Position numbers and translations under genes: made by a program
The notes under the pieces: model-generated
What the model saw: the letters and a program-made list of their open reading frames with translations, nothing else
Told to the model about the DNA's origin: nothing
The model's database searches: none
In this document: piece by piece, positions 12,213-25,401 of the stretch
Position numbering within the stretch: the stretch's first letter is position 1
How the letters are laid out: each line of letters starts with the position of its first letter
Assembly (NCBI RefSeq): GCF_006345805.1
Contig: NC_043014.1
Location: 18,352,001-18,416,000, forward strand
Direction of reading: 5' to 3'
Length of the DNA: 64,000 nt
From: Octopus sinensis
Lineage: Eukaryota

Positions 12213-12738
12213 GCGTGTGTGCGTGTGTGTGTGTGTGTTGTGTGTGTGTGTGTGTGGAGGCGCAATGGAACAGTGGTTAGGGCAGCGGACTCGCGGTTGT
12301 ACGATCGCGGTTTCCATTCCCAGACCGGGCGTTGTGAGTGTTTATTAAGCGAAAAAATTTAAAGCTCCACGAGGCTCCGGTAGGGGGTGTTGCCGATCTC
12401 TTCTGTACTCTTTCGCCACAACTTTCTCTCACTCTTTCTTCTGTTGGCCTGCTCGCTTAGCCAGCAGGGTGGTGTCATTTGAAGGCTAAAACAATGCGAA
12501 GCGCATTGTGACCAGCGATGTGTAGCAACATCTGATAGCCTGGTCGGTCACGGTGATCACGGTGATATATATATATATATATACGACGGGCTTCTTTTAG
12601 TTTCCGTCTACCAAATCCAGGGTCAAGGCTTTGATCGGCCCGAAAATATAGTAAAAGTCAACTGCCCAAGGTGCCACGCAGTGGGACTGAATCCGGAACC
12701 TTGTGGTTTGGAAGCAAGCTTCTTTCCACACACCCACA
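11983..12738 (-). mobile_element. SINE family A split by a nested family B SINE (12256-12566, +)
   Basis: A tail 11983-12165 and A head 12583-12738 are colinear; the B copy sits in the internal TA/TG tract. Confidence 0.85.
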
Positions 12739-13381
12739 TCTGTACTCATGCCATAATTAATAAAGCAGGATTTTTCTACCACTTTGTGTAACAATGTAGA
12801 CGCAGTTTTATTTGCTTACCATAATGTTATTGTTATTGTTATTTCACATTTCCTTATTCCGTTCACATGTGATGATGGGCTTTTGTGCATAGAATATTAA
12901 ACTATTCCCTGTTCACGTTTTAAGAAGCTCCCCCTTTGCATTATTCAGTTATTTTACTATATCACAATGTTTCAAGCAAGCTACAATGCCCAACTGTTTT
13001 GATGTGATTGATATTATCATTGTCGGTGCTCTTAATATTGTGGACGCTTCTGCAGGTGATATTGCTATATCACTGTAGCTGTTGATGTTGCTTTTCTTGG
13101 AAGCATACTCTTTTATTATATTTTGGCAGTTATTGCTGTTGTCATCGTTTCTTTTACTGGTTTAGTGATTGATTTCAGTGATTAACTATACTACGAAACC
13201 TCAAAGGGTTCATTCGGTAATATTGATCGTATCATTTATTCACCTGACATTTAGTTTACCGACACTGGTTTGTGAAACTGGTAAGTTGCGGAAGATAAAG
13301 TGACACAACGCTAACATACATACATGAACACAAACACGCACGCACACACACACACGCACGCACGCACGCACACACACACAC

Positions 13382-13425
<44 letters not shown>

Positions 13426-14129
13426 GGTCATAGCTAGAGAAGTTTAAAATAAAGATCACATTTGCTCACAAGGTTATACAGGCAAATATGTTATTGATTG
13501 CTGGGCCAGAAGCTGTATCTACTATTTCCATTTGCAAATGCCATTCGAAATTACTGTGGACATTTTGGATCCTCGCCAGGAATTTTTCAATACGAGGTTC
13601 AGCTCTCCCGGGAAGTTGTCCCCTACTCCATTAGGAGGATGTACAAAGGAAATATGAACTTGGAAAAATATACTGTTTTAATATCTTGTAAGGTAAGAAG
13701 AGGCCTGAACTGTTTGACTTTATCTCGTTTGTTACCTGTTTTCCCTTCAAATATACGGCACATCAATAAGTAATTGCAGGCACTCTAAGAGATATAAAAA
13801 TACGCATTCTCGTTCATATACCTTCCTCCACACCTATATACATGCATTTACTCTCAAGTACAAAGAGACCAACCATTGCAAGAATTAAAATGGAGATAAA
13901 AGGAAGAAAGTAAGAGAGAGAGAGGGGGGGGGAGAAAAAGAAAGAAAAAGAGAGAAAGAAAAAAGAGAAAGATGGAAAGAGAGATAGAGTGAGAGAACGA
14001 GAGAGCGACAGAATGAAAAAAGGGAGACAGAAAAAGAGCGAGTTAAGAGGGAGTGAGAAGGAGGGATTTGGGAAAATGCAGAAAATTCCATAAGGGACAT
14101 TTTAGAGGTCAAAAGTTTACTAAGCAAAA

Positions 14130-14145
14130 ATGAAACCTACGTCTG
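14130..14145 (+). CDS. Candidate first coding exon (MKPTS, phase 1) of the coiled-coil gene
   Basis: AAAAATG AAA CCT ACG TCT G|gtaggt; phase 1 is compatible with acceptor 16465 (G|AT ACA GAA GTG = DTEV). Confidence 0.3.
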
Positions 14146-16465
14146 GTAGGTGTGTCCAGTATCTATACTCATATGCAAATGTTTTTTCTTCTGAATGGTA
14201 CGCTTTAGAAATAAGGTATTATCTTGATTTACGTCATTTCTTTACAATTGGACTATTTTCTGTAATGCTGAGCTTGCATCTCTTCATAGAATTTCTGTGT
14301 GGTGTGCATTTCTTGGTGATATTCCAACTGATATCGACCGTTGCACGATTTTCATTCAGCTGTCATATAGAGCTTGCAATCTTTGAATTATTCCGGCTTT
14401 CGATTTATCTGGATCAGACGATACTGTTGTGAAGTCTTTGTTTAAACTATTCTTTAGTCAGCCCGATATATTTCGTGTTTTGATTTGTGGTGTTCTGTTT
14501 AGTATTCATAGATTTAATCCCCGTGTAATAACAAGGGCCTCGGTGTTGCCTAGTGAATTCAGCGATATATCAGTTCTTGTTCCTGTGTAGGAAAGATTAG
14601 GTACCTGGCACCTGGAAAGTTGATACGCGCTCACCACCCTCTAACATTCAGGCAATGCAGCTGGTGGAGTGAGGTACCTTGAAATATATAGACACTTAGT
14701 GAGGAATAGGGGATGAGCGGCATTTTTTTTCCGAACGACATGCAACACAAAATTAATGGCAATTTCGCAAAAATCTCCGGCCATTAATCCAAACCAGTGC
14801 CTAAGTATTACAGAGTTGTGTTTTTATGTAAAACAACTACTGTCTATCGAGAAGTTGGCATACACCTCCTTCCTTTGGAAAGAAAGGGCTGGAAGTTTTT
14901 TCTCCTTGCTGACAACAGAGGAAGCAGTAGTACAGTGTACGGAATTGCAAAGATTTAGAATAACCTCTACAGTTAAACCTCTCCTTGAAATATAACTTTA
15001 AAATAAGTTGACGGTAAAGTGGGATGCGCTGCTCTCTGTAGTTTTGCGTAAATATAGTGAAGAATATCGACCATTACCAGGGTGAATGGTCCTGCTCTGA
15101 ACGTGCACCGACAGGTCAGAGTTTGGGGATAGTGTTCTTACTTTTTTGAGAAAGAGAGAGAGGGAGGGTGAGAGAGAGAGAGAGAGGGAGCAGTTAATGA
15201 TTTATCAGGTGTCCTGATTAATACCATCTGGCGGGCCTTCCTTTACATCTTCCCTGTTGTTTATTTGTTTATCCCTTGTATTATTACCTATCCCTTGTAG
15301 TATATTCTACTTCACATTTTTGTAATATTATCTCGAAATGTTTTGTAATTTGTCCTTGTAAATATCCCCAACTCCAATCCCTTGCGGCAACAAAAGATGT
15401 TGCTATCGTTATAATCTTTTATTTTTTGTTAAAACGGCGACGAAGCAGAATCGTTAACGCATCGGACAAAATGCTAAGCGGCGTTTCAACCGTCTATTTA
15501 AGCTGGGAATTCAAATCTCTCCCTTCAAATTTGTGTGCCAAAATTTCAGAGTCGATAGCATAAATTAATGGCGCTGATTTAATTGACTTGGCTCCGCTCC
15601 TCAAAACTGCTAGCCTTGTGTTGACATTACAAAGAATTATTAGCATTGGATGATCAAATTTGTACAGCACTGCATAAAATATCTTGGATACATATATTTG
15701 TTTACGATTTAATTTCAAAGAGTTTGAGTCGATTTTTCCTTTTCATGCTCCCATACTGATAAAAACTGACACACACACACAAATGATAGTTTAAAAACAA
15801 GTGCATGAGACCACGCGAACAAATCGAAGCTTAATAGAGTTAAAAACATTGTAAAAGTATACAGTAAAATTGAAGTTAAAACGTCGGACATTTACAATTA
15901 TATAAACACTAAACTATTTGCTCTTATATTTAGACGTAGTACATATATCAATTACATAGTGGATGGGAATATTTTTATCATTATTTTTAGAAACAAAGGT
16001 TTCAGTTTGAAATTTAATCTGGGACCGTGCATATAACCAGCTGTAAGAAACCTGATAACGATCAGATACCATACTCGTATAATACTATAAATATATACAT
16101 TACAAATTAAGAACTCCAGAGTTTACAAATAATTTGAATCTAATGTGGGACAATGCACATATTTATAAATGGATACAAATTTTAGCACAAGTACAGTAAT
16201 TTGGGGGAAAGGTTAATCGAAAGCAGCACTCAACTGGTACTTATTTTATTGACACAGAAAGAATGAACAACAAAGTTAACCTCCGCGGCAGTTGAACTCA
16301 AAACGTAAAACCGGGGGAAATGTTACTAAGCATTTTCTCCGGTGCACCTATTTAATGATACATCTAATGACGATTGGAATTGTAACGGAATAAATCATAA
16401 TATCGATATTTGATTCTGGAAATTTACATTTTAATGACTAATGATTGTTTCTTTCTTCGTTACAG

Positions 16466-16577
16466 ATACAGAAGTGGCAGCATTGTTGGGTAAATTTTTA
16501 CTGAAGAAAACCATTACTCAACGAGATGATATCAGGGCTTGAAGGCCAATTTACACGAGAGGGATCTTGAGATTACG
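16466..16577 (+). CDS. Internal exon of the coiled-coil gene; apparent frameshift near 16530-16540 or alternative acceptor at 16535
   Basis: Strong acceptor ttgtttctttcttcgttacag; 3' part LKANLHERDLEIT|gtatgg ends in phase 0 and joins the 21649 exon. Confidence 0.55.
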
Positions 16578-16653
16578 GTATGGTTACGTCCAACCAGTTA
16601 CCAACGAGTCCATGCAGACACACACATACACACACACATACACACACACCACA

Positions 16654-16693
<40 letters not shown>

Positions 16694-16971
16694 ACATACA
16701 TACACATCTCTCTCTGTCTGTCTATGTGCATGTATGTATGTATGTATGTATCTATCTATCTATTTATATACATATATGTATGAACATAGATATTTTAACA
16801 TGCGTGTGTGCGCGTACATGTATGTAATATATATATTATATATATAACCCATATATACATTATATATGTGATAAATATATAATTTCATATATCAAATATA
16901 TATATGTATATACATATATGTATAAATACACACACACACATACGCATATATATACAATCAGAGGGAGGGAG

Positions 16972-17009
<38 letters not shown>

Positions 17010-17497
17010 AAATGAGAGAGTGTGAGTGAGAAAGAGATATTGGGAAAGCACTCAAGAAACCAAGTTACTCATATTTCAAATATATCATTACGTACGTTTC
17101 AGTAAACAAGAATAATCGATTGCAAGTTGTTTCCTAAGAAGGGATGTATCTAAATATATTGTGTTTAATGTTTTTGTATGGTTCTTGCCAGAGTCCGAAT
17201 CCGTTTCAATGACATTTCGTAGAGTGCATTATATGGAAATGAGAGTTAAGCGAGCATAAAAACTGAACCTTAATTTCTATGGTAACTTGTGTATCCAGTG
17301 CATCCAATAAATATAAAGATTTGCATATATATATATATATATAATATATATATATGTATATGTACACACACACTGACACATACACGCACACACACACACA
17401 TACACACAGACAAACTCACATGTATATATGTATGTATGTATATATACATGCACATACAAAGAAAGTACTCACATATATACGTATCCATATATATAAG

Positions 17498-17530
<33 letters not shown>

Positions 17531-18216
17531 TATATATATACATTCATAATACAATTATGAGTACTTCTATTAATTTAATTTCTATGTAGTCGGTGCAAAA
17601 TGCAAATCTCTGATAAATGGTAGAAAATAAGCACAAAAACGCTGAGCTGTTTATCTTGGTCTCAGAGAAGAAAACATGTGCTTTAAGCACAAGATTTGTT
17701 TTTCATAGCTTGGTTGAAAATGCTTTTTTACATATACTTCACCATGTAAACAGATGCCAAATCACGTCGAACATACAATAGATTGAAGCTGAAAGAAAAA
17801 AAAAAAAAAAGAGTCCGTTGTGTGAATATGAGGAAAATTGCGATGGAATGCTTGTGCATATGCGCATGAAAGAGGGGAAAAGTGCGAAACAGAAGAACGG
17901 GAGAGAGAGAGAGAGAGAGAAAGAAAGAGAGGAAGAAAGAGAAAGAGAAAGGAATATGGAAGAACGTGGTCAAGGCAAGAAGGTAGAATGTGTTTGGTGG
18001 AACGTCACGAAAGGTAGCATTATTGGCAGAGCAAAGATCAAATGTCTTTAGGCAATTAGTTATGTTATTTTAAAGATTTAACCAGATAAGCACGGACAGC
18101 TTCTGTGACCTTTGCAGGGCCTCATACACTATTGAGATCGAGGTTATTGATCCTAAGTTTGGTCTGAAGATCAGTAGGTCAATGATCGATGTTTGCATAT
18201 ATGATATATAATTATC

Positions 18217-18575
18217 ACAGGAGTGGCTGTGTGGTGAGTAGCTTGTTTACCAGCCACGTGGTTCCGAGTTCAGTCCCACAACTTGGGCAAAGCATTTTGA
18301 GTGGATTTAGTAGACGGAAACTTTAAGAAGCTCGTCGTATATATGTATATGTATATATGTGTGTGTGTGTGTTTGTGTGTCTATGATTGTCTCCCCAACA
18401 TCGCTTGACAACAAATGCTGAAATGTTTACGTACCCGTAACTTAGCGGTTCGGCAAAAGAAACCGATAGAAAAAGTACTAGGCATACAAAGAATAAGTCC
18501 TGGGGTTGATTTGCTCGACTAAAGGCGGTGCTCCAGAATGGCCGCAGTCAAAATGACCGAAACATGTAAAAAGAG
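18217..18575 (+). mobile_element. SINE family A
   Basis: Same head, body and tail as 1380-1756. Confidence 0.85.
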
Positions 18576-19067
18576 AAAAACAGAGATATAATGTATATGA
18601 TATATATCTATGATATATACATTATATACATATACACGCACATGTCAAAATATATATCTACATGCATATATGTCTCTTGAGAGATAGATAGATAAATAGA
18701 TAGATAGATATATGTGTATTTGTGTGTGTGTATGTGTATGTATGCGTATGTGTGTGTATACGTGTGTGTGTGATTTAGGTGAGAAGGATTGGAGTAAGGT
18801 CACAATTACTCCCACATCCTGGCAAACACACCAAAAGAAGTGGGACAGCATTTCAGGTAAAATACATTACCTGAGAAGTATTAAATGAATGATGATGACC
18901 AGTGACGCTTTTCACTCGCTTTGCCCCGAGGCATTTTGTTCTATGCTCCATCAATTATGCCAACCTCCATAATTTTACACAATGATAATACTAATTAAAA
19001 AAACAATAAAAATATCAAAATTATGGTGGTGATGATGATTATGCTGACGACGACGATGACGATGAAG

Positions 19068-19124
<57 letters not shown>

Positions 19125-19125
<1 letters not shown>

Positions 19126-19480
19126 GATATATTAATACCAACAAATGACAATGTTTCTCTAAAAGAAATGGAGAAGCCTTCAAAATACAAAGAACTAGAA
19201 ATAGAGGTGGAGTCTAAAAGCAGAAACAATTCCTATCATAATAGGTGCATTAGGTATCATGATAGAATATTCAGACAAATACATAACAATAATACCAAGA
19301 CAAACAAATATATATAACTTACAGAAAATAGGACTACAAGGTACCGCACACATCCTACGTAAAACACTTTCAATATAGTAACGATAAGAGCATCATAACA
19401 AACCACAGTACATACCCCAGGCACTCAGAGCTGGTCTCGGTAGTGCAGTGAAAGCACGATATAAAAATAAGACTACTGAA
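19125..19480 (+). mobile_element. R4/Dong-type LINE 3' fragment, decayed
   Basis: DNVSLKEMEKPSKYKELEIEV..IPIIIGALG..LQKIGLQGTAHILRKTLSI, flanked by (AAT)n. Confidence 0.75.
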
Positions 19481-19508
19481 TACTACTAGCACAACAACAA
19501 CAACAACA

Positions 19509-19554
<46 letters not shown>

Positions 19555-19569
19555 ATAATAATAATAAGT

Positions 19570-20081
19570 ATCAGGCAGAGGTTCTTAACTGATTGGAAGT
19601 GTTATGTACATGTTTTGTCTTGGTTTAAAAGATGGGCTACAGCAAATATTCTGCTCAATATCACAAATTTGCTTGTCGGTTGTTTGACCATAACCAACTG
19701 AGCATGTCTCTTAGTGGATGACGATATGTGCGTCTGTGATCACGAGCAAAAGTAGCGGGGTAAGTAGCCATACGTCTAGAGGAATTCTTTGGAGCTTGAA
19801 TAATTCCCCTCTGAAAGCATGTGTTTTCTTCATCATCCTTAAACAAACCTTATTCAGGGACATTTTGAGCGAGATAGGCTACTCAATGTGATGAAAATTA
19901 ATTTGGCCCCACCAGCAAGGTCATGCGCTGTTAATCTTGATATGATAACACCTTGTTGCGCACATATAGTTATGATGCATGCGCCTGGTGTACCCTTGTC
20001 AGACGGGTAATCATGATGGGGATACTGGGCTTCGTATAATTTACCCCAGCCACTTTGATGTTATGCACTGTTCTCTCACTC

Positions 20082-20100
<19 letters not shown>
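19570..20100 (+). mobile_element. Non-coding 3' region of an (AAT)n-targeting non-LTR element
   Basis: Bounded by AAT tracts; ends CTCTCACTC(AAT)n as at 1-60. Confidence 0.55.
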
Positions 20101-20153
<53 letters not shown>

Positions 20154-20154
20154 T

Positions 20155-20770
20155 AAGTCGGCATTACAATATCAAAACTGCCGACAAGTGGTATAATCAC
20201 CACCCTGAGGCTGTAACTGAAGGAGAAAATGTAACCATTCTGTGGGTTTTTCCAGTACATACAGACCGAACCATCAAGGCCAATAAACCAGATATTGTTG
20301 TGAAAGACTAAAACAATAAAGTTTGCTTATTGATCGACATGAGCATCCCCTGTGATCATAATATCTCAGCGAAAGAGTTTGACAAGCTCAGAAAATATAA
20401 AGACCTACTCATTGAAATTGAGAAAATGTGGCATCTCAAGGCGGTTACAATACCAGTGATCGTAGGAGCACTAGGAATGATCAAGAAGGGAACCGAAAAT
20501 TATATGAGAATGATCCCTGGCTTACCATCCCTGCAAGAAGTGCAAAAGATTGTCTTAACTGGTACATCACACGTATTGAGAAGAGCATTGTCGATGTGAG
20601 AACTGTTGCTGCTCATGTATTTTAATTTAACTTAAAAAAAAAAAAAAATGAACGAACTACTGAGTTTGGTTTAATGGCCTACCAATGTATACTATGAGTT
20701 TCTTTGCCCTAGGAGTCGGGAAGACACTCGGCAAGAAATGGAAGCAAATTTGAAAGAAGAAAAAAAAAAG
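20155..20770 (+). mobile_element. R4/Dong-type LINE 3' fragment with restriction-like endonuclease (PD..D) domain
   Basis: VTILWVFPVHTDRTIKANKPDIVVKD*..CLLIDMSIP..KEFDKLRKYKDLLIEIEKMW..IPVIVGALG..LQEVQKIVLTGTSHVLRRALSM*; one internal stop. Confidence 0.88.
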
Positions 20771-20871
20771 TAATAATAATAATAGTAATAATAATAATAA
20801 TGATGATGATGATGATGATGAAGATGATGATGATGATGATGATGATAATAACAACAGCAATAATAATAACG

Positions 20872-20929
<58 letters not shown>

Positions 20930-20945
20930 TAATAATAATAATAAT

Positions 20946-21200
20946 AGATGATATCCCAGGAGAACCATGTCTCAGAGAAATCCAAAAGATTGTGCTGACA
21001 AGTACTGCTCACGTCATCAGAGAAACTGTATCAATATAAATGTCAGTGTTGCATTACATGAAGATATTTGGCTACTGCTCCTGCCACTTCCGCTCTCCAA
21101 GCTTTCAGTCCTATTGTAACATCTCTTATCCTTCACTCGTCCTAGGACGCTGGATATGTCTCGGCAGGTGATTGTAACATACATACAGATTAAAACTAAA
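20946..21200 (+). mobile_element. Short R4/Dong-type LINE 3' end
   Basis: IPGEPCLREIQKIVLTSTAHVIRETVSI* plus 3' UTR plus (AAT)n. Confidence 0.75.
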
Positions 21201-21214
21201 TAATAATAATAATA

Positions 21215-21247
<33 letters not shown>

Positions 21248-21315
21248 TGATGATGATAATAATAATAATAATAATAATGATAATAATAATGATGATGATG
21301 ATGATGATGATGGTG

Positions 21316-21366
<51 letters not shown>

Positions 21367-21597
21367 TAATAATAATGATTTTGGCACAATGCCAGAAAGC
21401 TTTTAAGGATTGGTAATTCGATGTCATTGACCCCACTACTCACTTATTTTATCGACTCCGAAAGGATGAAAGGTAAAGTCGACCTCGACAGAAATTCAAC
21501 TGAAAACGTGAAGTCTTTAAGCATTTCGCAAGACTTTTCCCTCGCTGTACTACTACTACTACTACTACTACTACTATACTACTACTACTACTACTAC

Positions 21598-21638
<41 letters not shown>

Positions 21639-21648
21639 TATATTGAAG

Positions 21649-21797
21649 CATTTGAAGAAAGAAAACCGAAAGATGAAGAAGTTGGAACATGATCGCACAA
21701 ATCTGTTCGGAGAGTTAGAAGAGGAAAGGGAAAGAGAAAAATCACGGATAGGACGTTATGCGTCGGAATTAGAAGTTAGTAAAGATACAATAATGAG
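21649..21797 (+). CDS. Internal exon of the coiled-coil gene
   Basis: ttgaag|HLKKENRKMKKLEHDRTNLFGELEEEREREKSRIGRYASELEVSKDTIM-AG|gtaagc; the phase 2 end joins 24795 (AG|G = Arg). Confidence 0.75.
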
Positions 21798-22079
21798 GTA
21801 AGCTCTTACTTTGTCTCCAACTGACGCATTTGTAACTTGAGTGCGGAGTTGTTAGCAGAATCGTAAGAATTTTAAAATGAATGCATTACAGCATAAATTT
21901 TGTTTCTTTTCATTTTGAGTTGAAAGTCAGTTCTGCCTTTTCTCTTTCCGTCAAGTTCTGGGACAGCTTTCTCCTCCTCCTCTCTCTCCCTCTCCCCCTC
22001 TCCCCCTCCACGTTTTCTTCCTCTTGCACCTCTAATGACAATGTCAAGTTTTATCACGCTTAATCAACCTGGCCTGTGG

Positions 22080-22895
22080 AATAACTATCAATCTAAGAAA
22101 TAATTTCAGAATTTGGAATTTAGGTAGGAACAACAGAATGCTAATCATCGACAGCAACGGGCACTCAACTAGGTCGAACTGACTGGTAGTAAGCCTGTCA
22201 CACCTTTCTCACCACATCGTTTTGTATATCTTTAGCTGTGTTCACTCTGTCATTTGAGATCTCTAGTACAAACATTGTTGAATAAACATTCAAAGCAGAC
22301 ATTTGTCTGCATTGAACAATTTTGGAGTTGGGAGAAGGCCACAGTAATTAGAAGCCTTCTGACTAACTTACACATAAAATAATGAATCTCCTGATGTACT
22401 TTATGAAGTAAATAGATTCTCTATTCCTGTTTTGCTCTTTGCTCGATAACTGATCACTTAGCTGTACAACGTCTGACCGTTAAAACCACAAAGTTATCTG
22501 AATCAGGGGACCTCAATCTCTAGACGTCGGATCAGTATCGGGATACACAGCATGGATAAATGCTTAAAATTTATCTCTATTTTATAGACTATGGTAATCT
22601 GCAGGGTGTTTCTGTATCATATATGCATTATATATGTAATATTTTTATATACCACATATATAATACATACACCTTATATACGTTATACAGAATGTTAGAT
22701 TCTTATCTCTCCAACCTGAAAAAGAAAGTTCGATTTTTCCCATGTTTGTTTGCTTCCTTTATTGGTTGCTTAACTTTACTGAACTGCATCTGCCAAAGTT
22801 ATGAAGGAATTCTGAGCCCACAGAAACAGCTGTCGTGCTTGTAACGCCATACCTTCTCCTATCTAATTATTTGAGTCTATGTAATTTCAGCAAAA
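22080..22895 (+). mobile_element. Decayed PLE 3' region (same family as 52190-53570)
   Basis: GAGCCCACAGAAACAGCTGTCG..TTGTAACGCCATAC.TTCTCCT..TTTGAGTCTATGTAATTT matches the reverse complement of 52200-52275; left boundary uncertain. Confidence 0.6.
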
Positions 22896-23152
22896 ATACA
22901 TATATATATATATTTATACTTCAATATTAACCACCAGGAAATTTTACAATCTTTGTGTCTTTTCTATATTTACATGTATACATGTATATATGTTCTGTAT
23001 ATAAAACTCAATGAGTGTTACCTGTTTATTTCCATCATTGTTTCCATATCTACTCACTTGGATTCCTTTTATAGTCACTCTATAATCCTCTGACTTGGTC
23101 CTTGGTAAAGGTTTTGGAGTATAAGTTCAAATGTTTTCAGCGCTACTAAGTA

Positions 23153-24395
23153 CGAGGGGCGTTCAATAAGTAATGCCCCTGACCCACTTCCCATAGCAGT
23201 AGAGCAACGACACTTGGCACAGTTATTAGTCTTTTCCTACATAGGAACTACCCAGAGTTATGCATTTCTCCCATCGTTTGATACAGCTCTGGAGACCGTT
23301 TTTGTAGAAGACCCCAGCTTGGTCCTCCAACCACGACGTGACTTCAGAAATCAAGGCTGCATCATCTGGGAAACGCTTTCCTTTCAAAATCAACTTCATG
23401 GCTGGGAAGAGGTGAAAATCAGAGGGTGCAAGGGGAAGAGTTCATAGCTCAACGCCTGTGCTTCTGATCTGGCGACACGCTAGTTGTGGACCGGAGCGTT
23501 GTCCTGCAGGAGGAGGATGCCTTTGCTGATCTTGCCCCGCCTCTTGATTTTGATAGCTTCTCTTAATTTCCTCAAAAGTGAAGCATAATAGGCTCCTGTA
23601 ATTGCGGTACCCTTTGCCAGGAAATCTGTCATCACTACTCCGTCCTGGTCCCAGAAGACTGTGAGCATAACCTTGTCAGCGGAGGGCTGTACCCTTGCCT
23701 TCTTTGGAGGAGGTGAGTCACGGTGCTTTCACTGCATTGACTGGGCTTTGGTCTATGGATCATAGTGATGAACCCAGGTTTCATCCTGTGTAATCAGTCT
23801 TTTGAAAAATGTTGACTCATCTTCTTGGCACATCTCCAAATTGATCCTCGAGCACTCAACGCGTTCTTGCTTCTGGAAAGGTGTGAGCAACCTGGAAATC
23901 CATCTGGCAGACACCGTTTGCATATGCAAATGGTCATGAATGATAGTTTCCACAGACCCGGTACTAATCTTGACCCTATGGGCTATTTGGCGAATAGTTA
24001 TGCGTTGACCTTCCAAAATGGCAGCCTCAACTTGACGGACGGACGTCTCATCAATGGCAGAAGGGGGCGACCAGATCTGGGAGCTGTTTCCACAGAGTTC
24101 CGACTACGTTTGAATTCACAATGCCAGCGTTTTACAAGGTCATATGATGGGGCATCATCACCATAAGTTACTTTCATTTCATCAAAAGTCTCCCGTGGTG
24201 TGCGTCCTTTCAAATACAAAAACCAGATCACTGCTCGACACTCAACAGGCTCCATTTCACACTTGACTCAGTTCAAACACCTGTAAATCAGAAACCACTT
24301 AATCTATAGAGGTATAAATAAGTGCACATGCACAATTTCAGCTAGATCAAACAACTGCAAGTGGGTCAGGGGCATTACTTATTGAACGTCCCTCG
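23153..24395 (-). mobile_element. Full-length non-functional mariner transposon
   Basis: ~37-bp TIRs CGAGGGRCGTTCAATAAGTAATGCCCCTGACCCACTT, TA on both sides; HTH MEPVECRAVI..PRSGRP, WISRLL, TQDETWVHHYDP, LLLQDNAPVH, LAPSDFHLFP; frameshifts, stops and loss of YSPD. Confidence 0.95.
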
Positions 24396-24794
24396 TATTT
24401 TCGACATAGAGATTCACCTGTTAACTTTATATATCTAATAATTATATATTTTTGCACATGATTGTGTCTTATCATTCGCATGATACTCTGGTTCGTGGAA
24501 GAATATGTTGCATGAAACGGGTCCATGGTGCAAAACTGTTTGGCGATTGCTTGTCTAAATGACCCAAACTTTCAGCGGCACAATAATTTAGTGACTCAAC
24601 TATCGAATCACTTGACATATCGAACTTAACGATAACGTGATTCAAAAGAACGATCTATTGGCATAGTAACGGAATGGCTAAGTGAAAGTTGTCAGATAAG
24701 CAAACGATCATTATCTAGTTGAATGGCAATAAGACCCTCTGACTTCCTAATATGTATATATTATATCTTATTTCTTTATTTTATCTATTTCCAG

Positions 24795-25401
24795 GTTGAG
24801 AGAAGAGGTAGGGTTTTTGAAGCAGACCATTAACAAAATGGAGAATGATTGTCGGAGTGTAAAATTTGGTTTGGAAGCAGGCTCAAACCTTTGTGCTGTA
24901 CAACAACGATGTGTGTCCCTAGATGCGTTTCCAGGGAAGCAGATATCCCATCAAACTGAATGGGAGCGCACGTTAAAAGCACTAAAATGTGTCGAGGCGA
25001 ACAGGGATTATTATAAACAGAGATGCTTTGAAGCCGAAGAAGAAAAGAAAGAAATGGAATGGGAACTAAAAGAACTACAAATTCAACTGCAGAAAGCTCT
25101 CGATAATGCGAGTAAATGGGAAGAAACGGCTTCAAAATCAATACCAATTGTACATTGGCGTAGATATGAAATGCCAGATAATCATCTACTTGAATGCAAT
25201 ACATGTTCATCAAAACATGAATACGAACTAGCGTCAATGGGCTTGAAAAGAGAAATCGAAATTGAGACGGGTCGACTTTTCAATATGGAGGATTTTGATA
25301 CGCATAAAAGATGGAGATTAAGGGAAGCTGTTTTTGGAGATTTATTCCGAAGGTTAACGGTATTTGTACGGAATTGGCTTTCACATAATAATTCTGATTA
25401 A
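24795..25401 (+). CDS. Terminal coding exon (~201 aa) of an uncharacterised coiled-coil protein
   Basis: Polypyrimidine acceptor tttctttattttatctatttccag|; 600-nt open non-repetitive frame; E/K/L heptads (EEEKKEMEWELKELQIQLQKAL); AATAAA at 25648. Confidence 0.8.

Larger units (their letters stand above)
11655..13155 (+). repeat. Diverged ~180-bp direct duplication (11655-11828 and 12975-13152)
   Basis: AAGCTACAA..GATGTGATTGATA..GCTTCTGCAG.TGAT..GCTGTTGATGTTGC..GTTATTGC.GTTGTCATCGTTTCT present in both copies. Confidence 0.7.
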
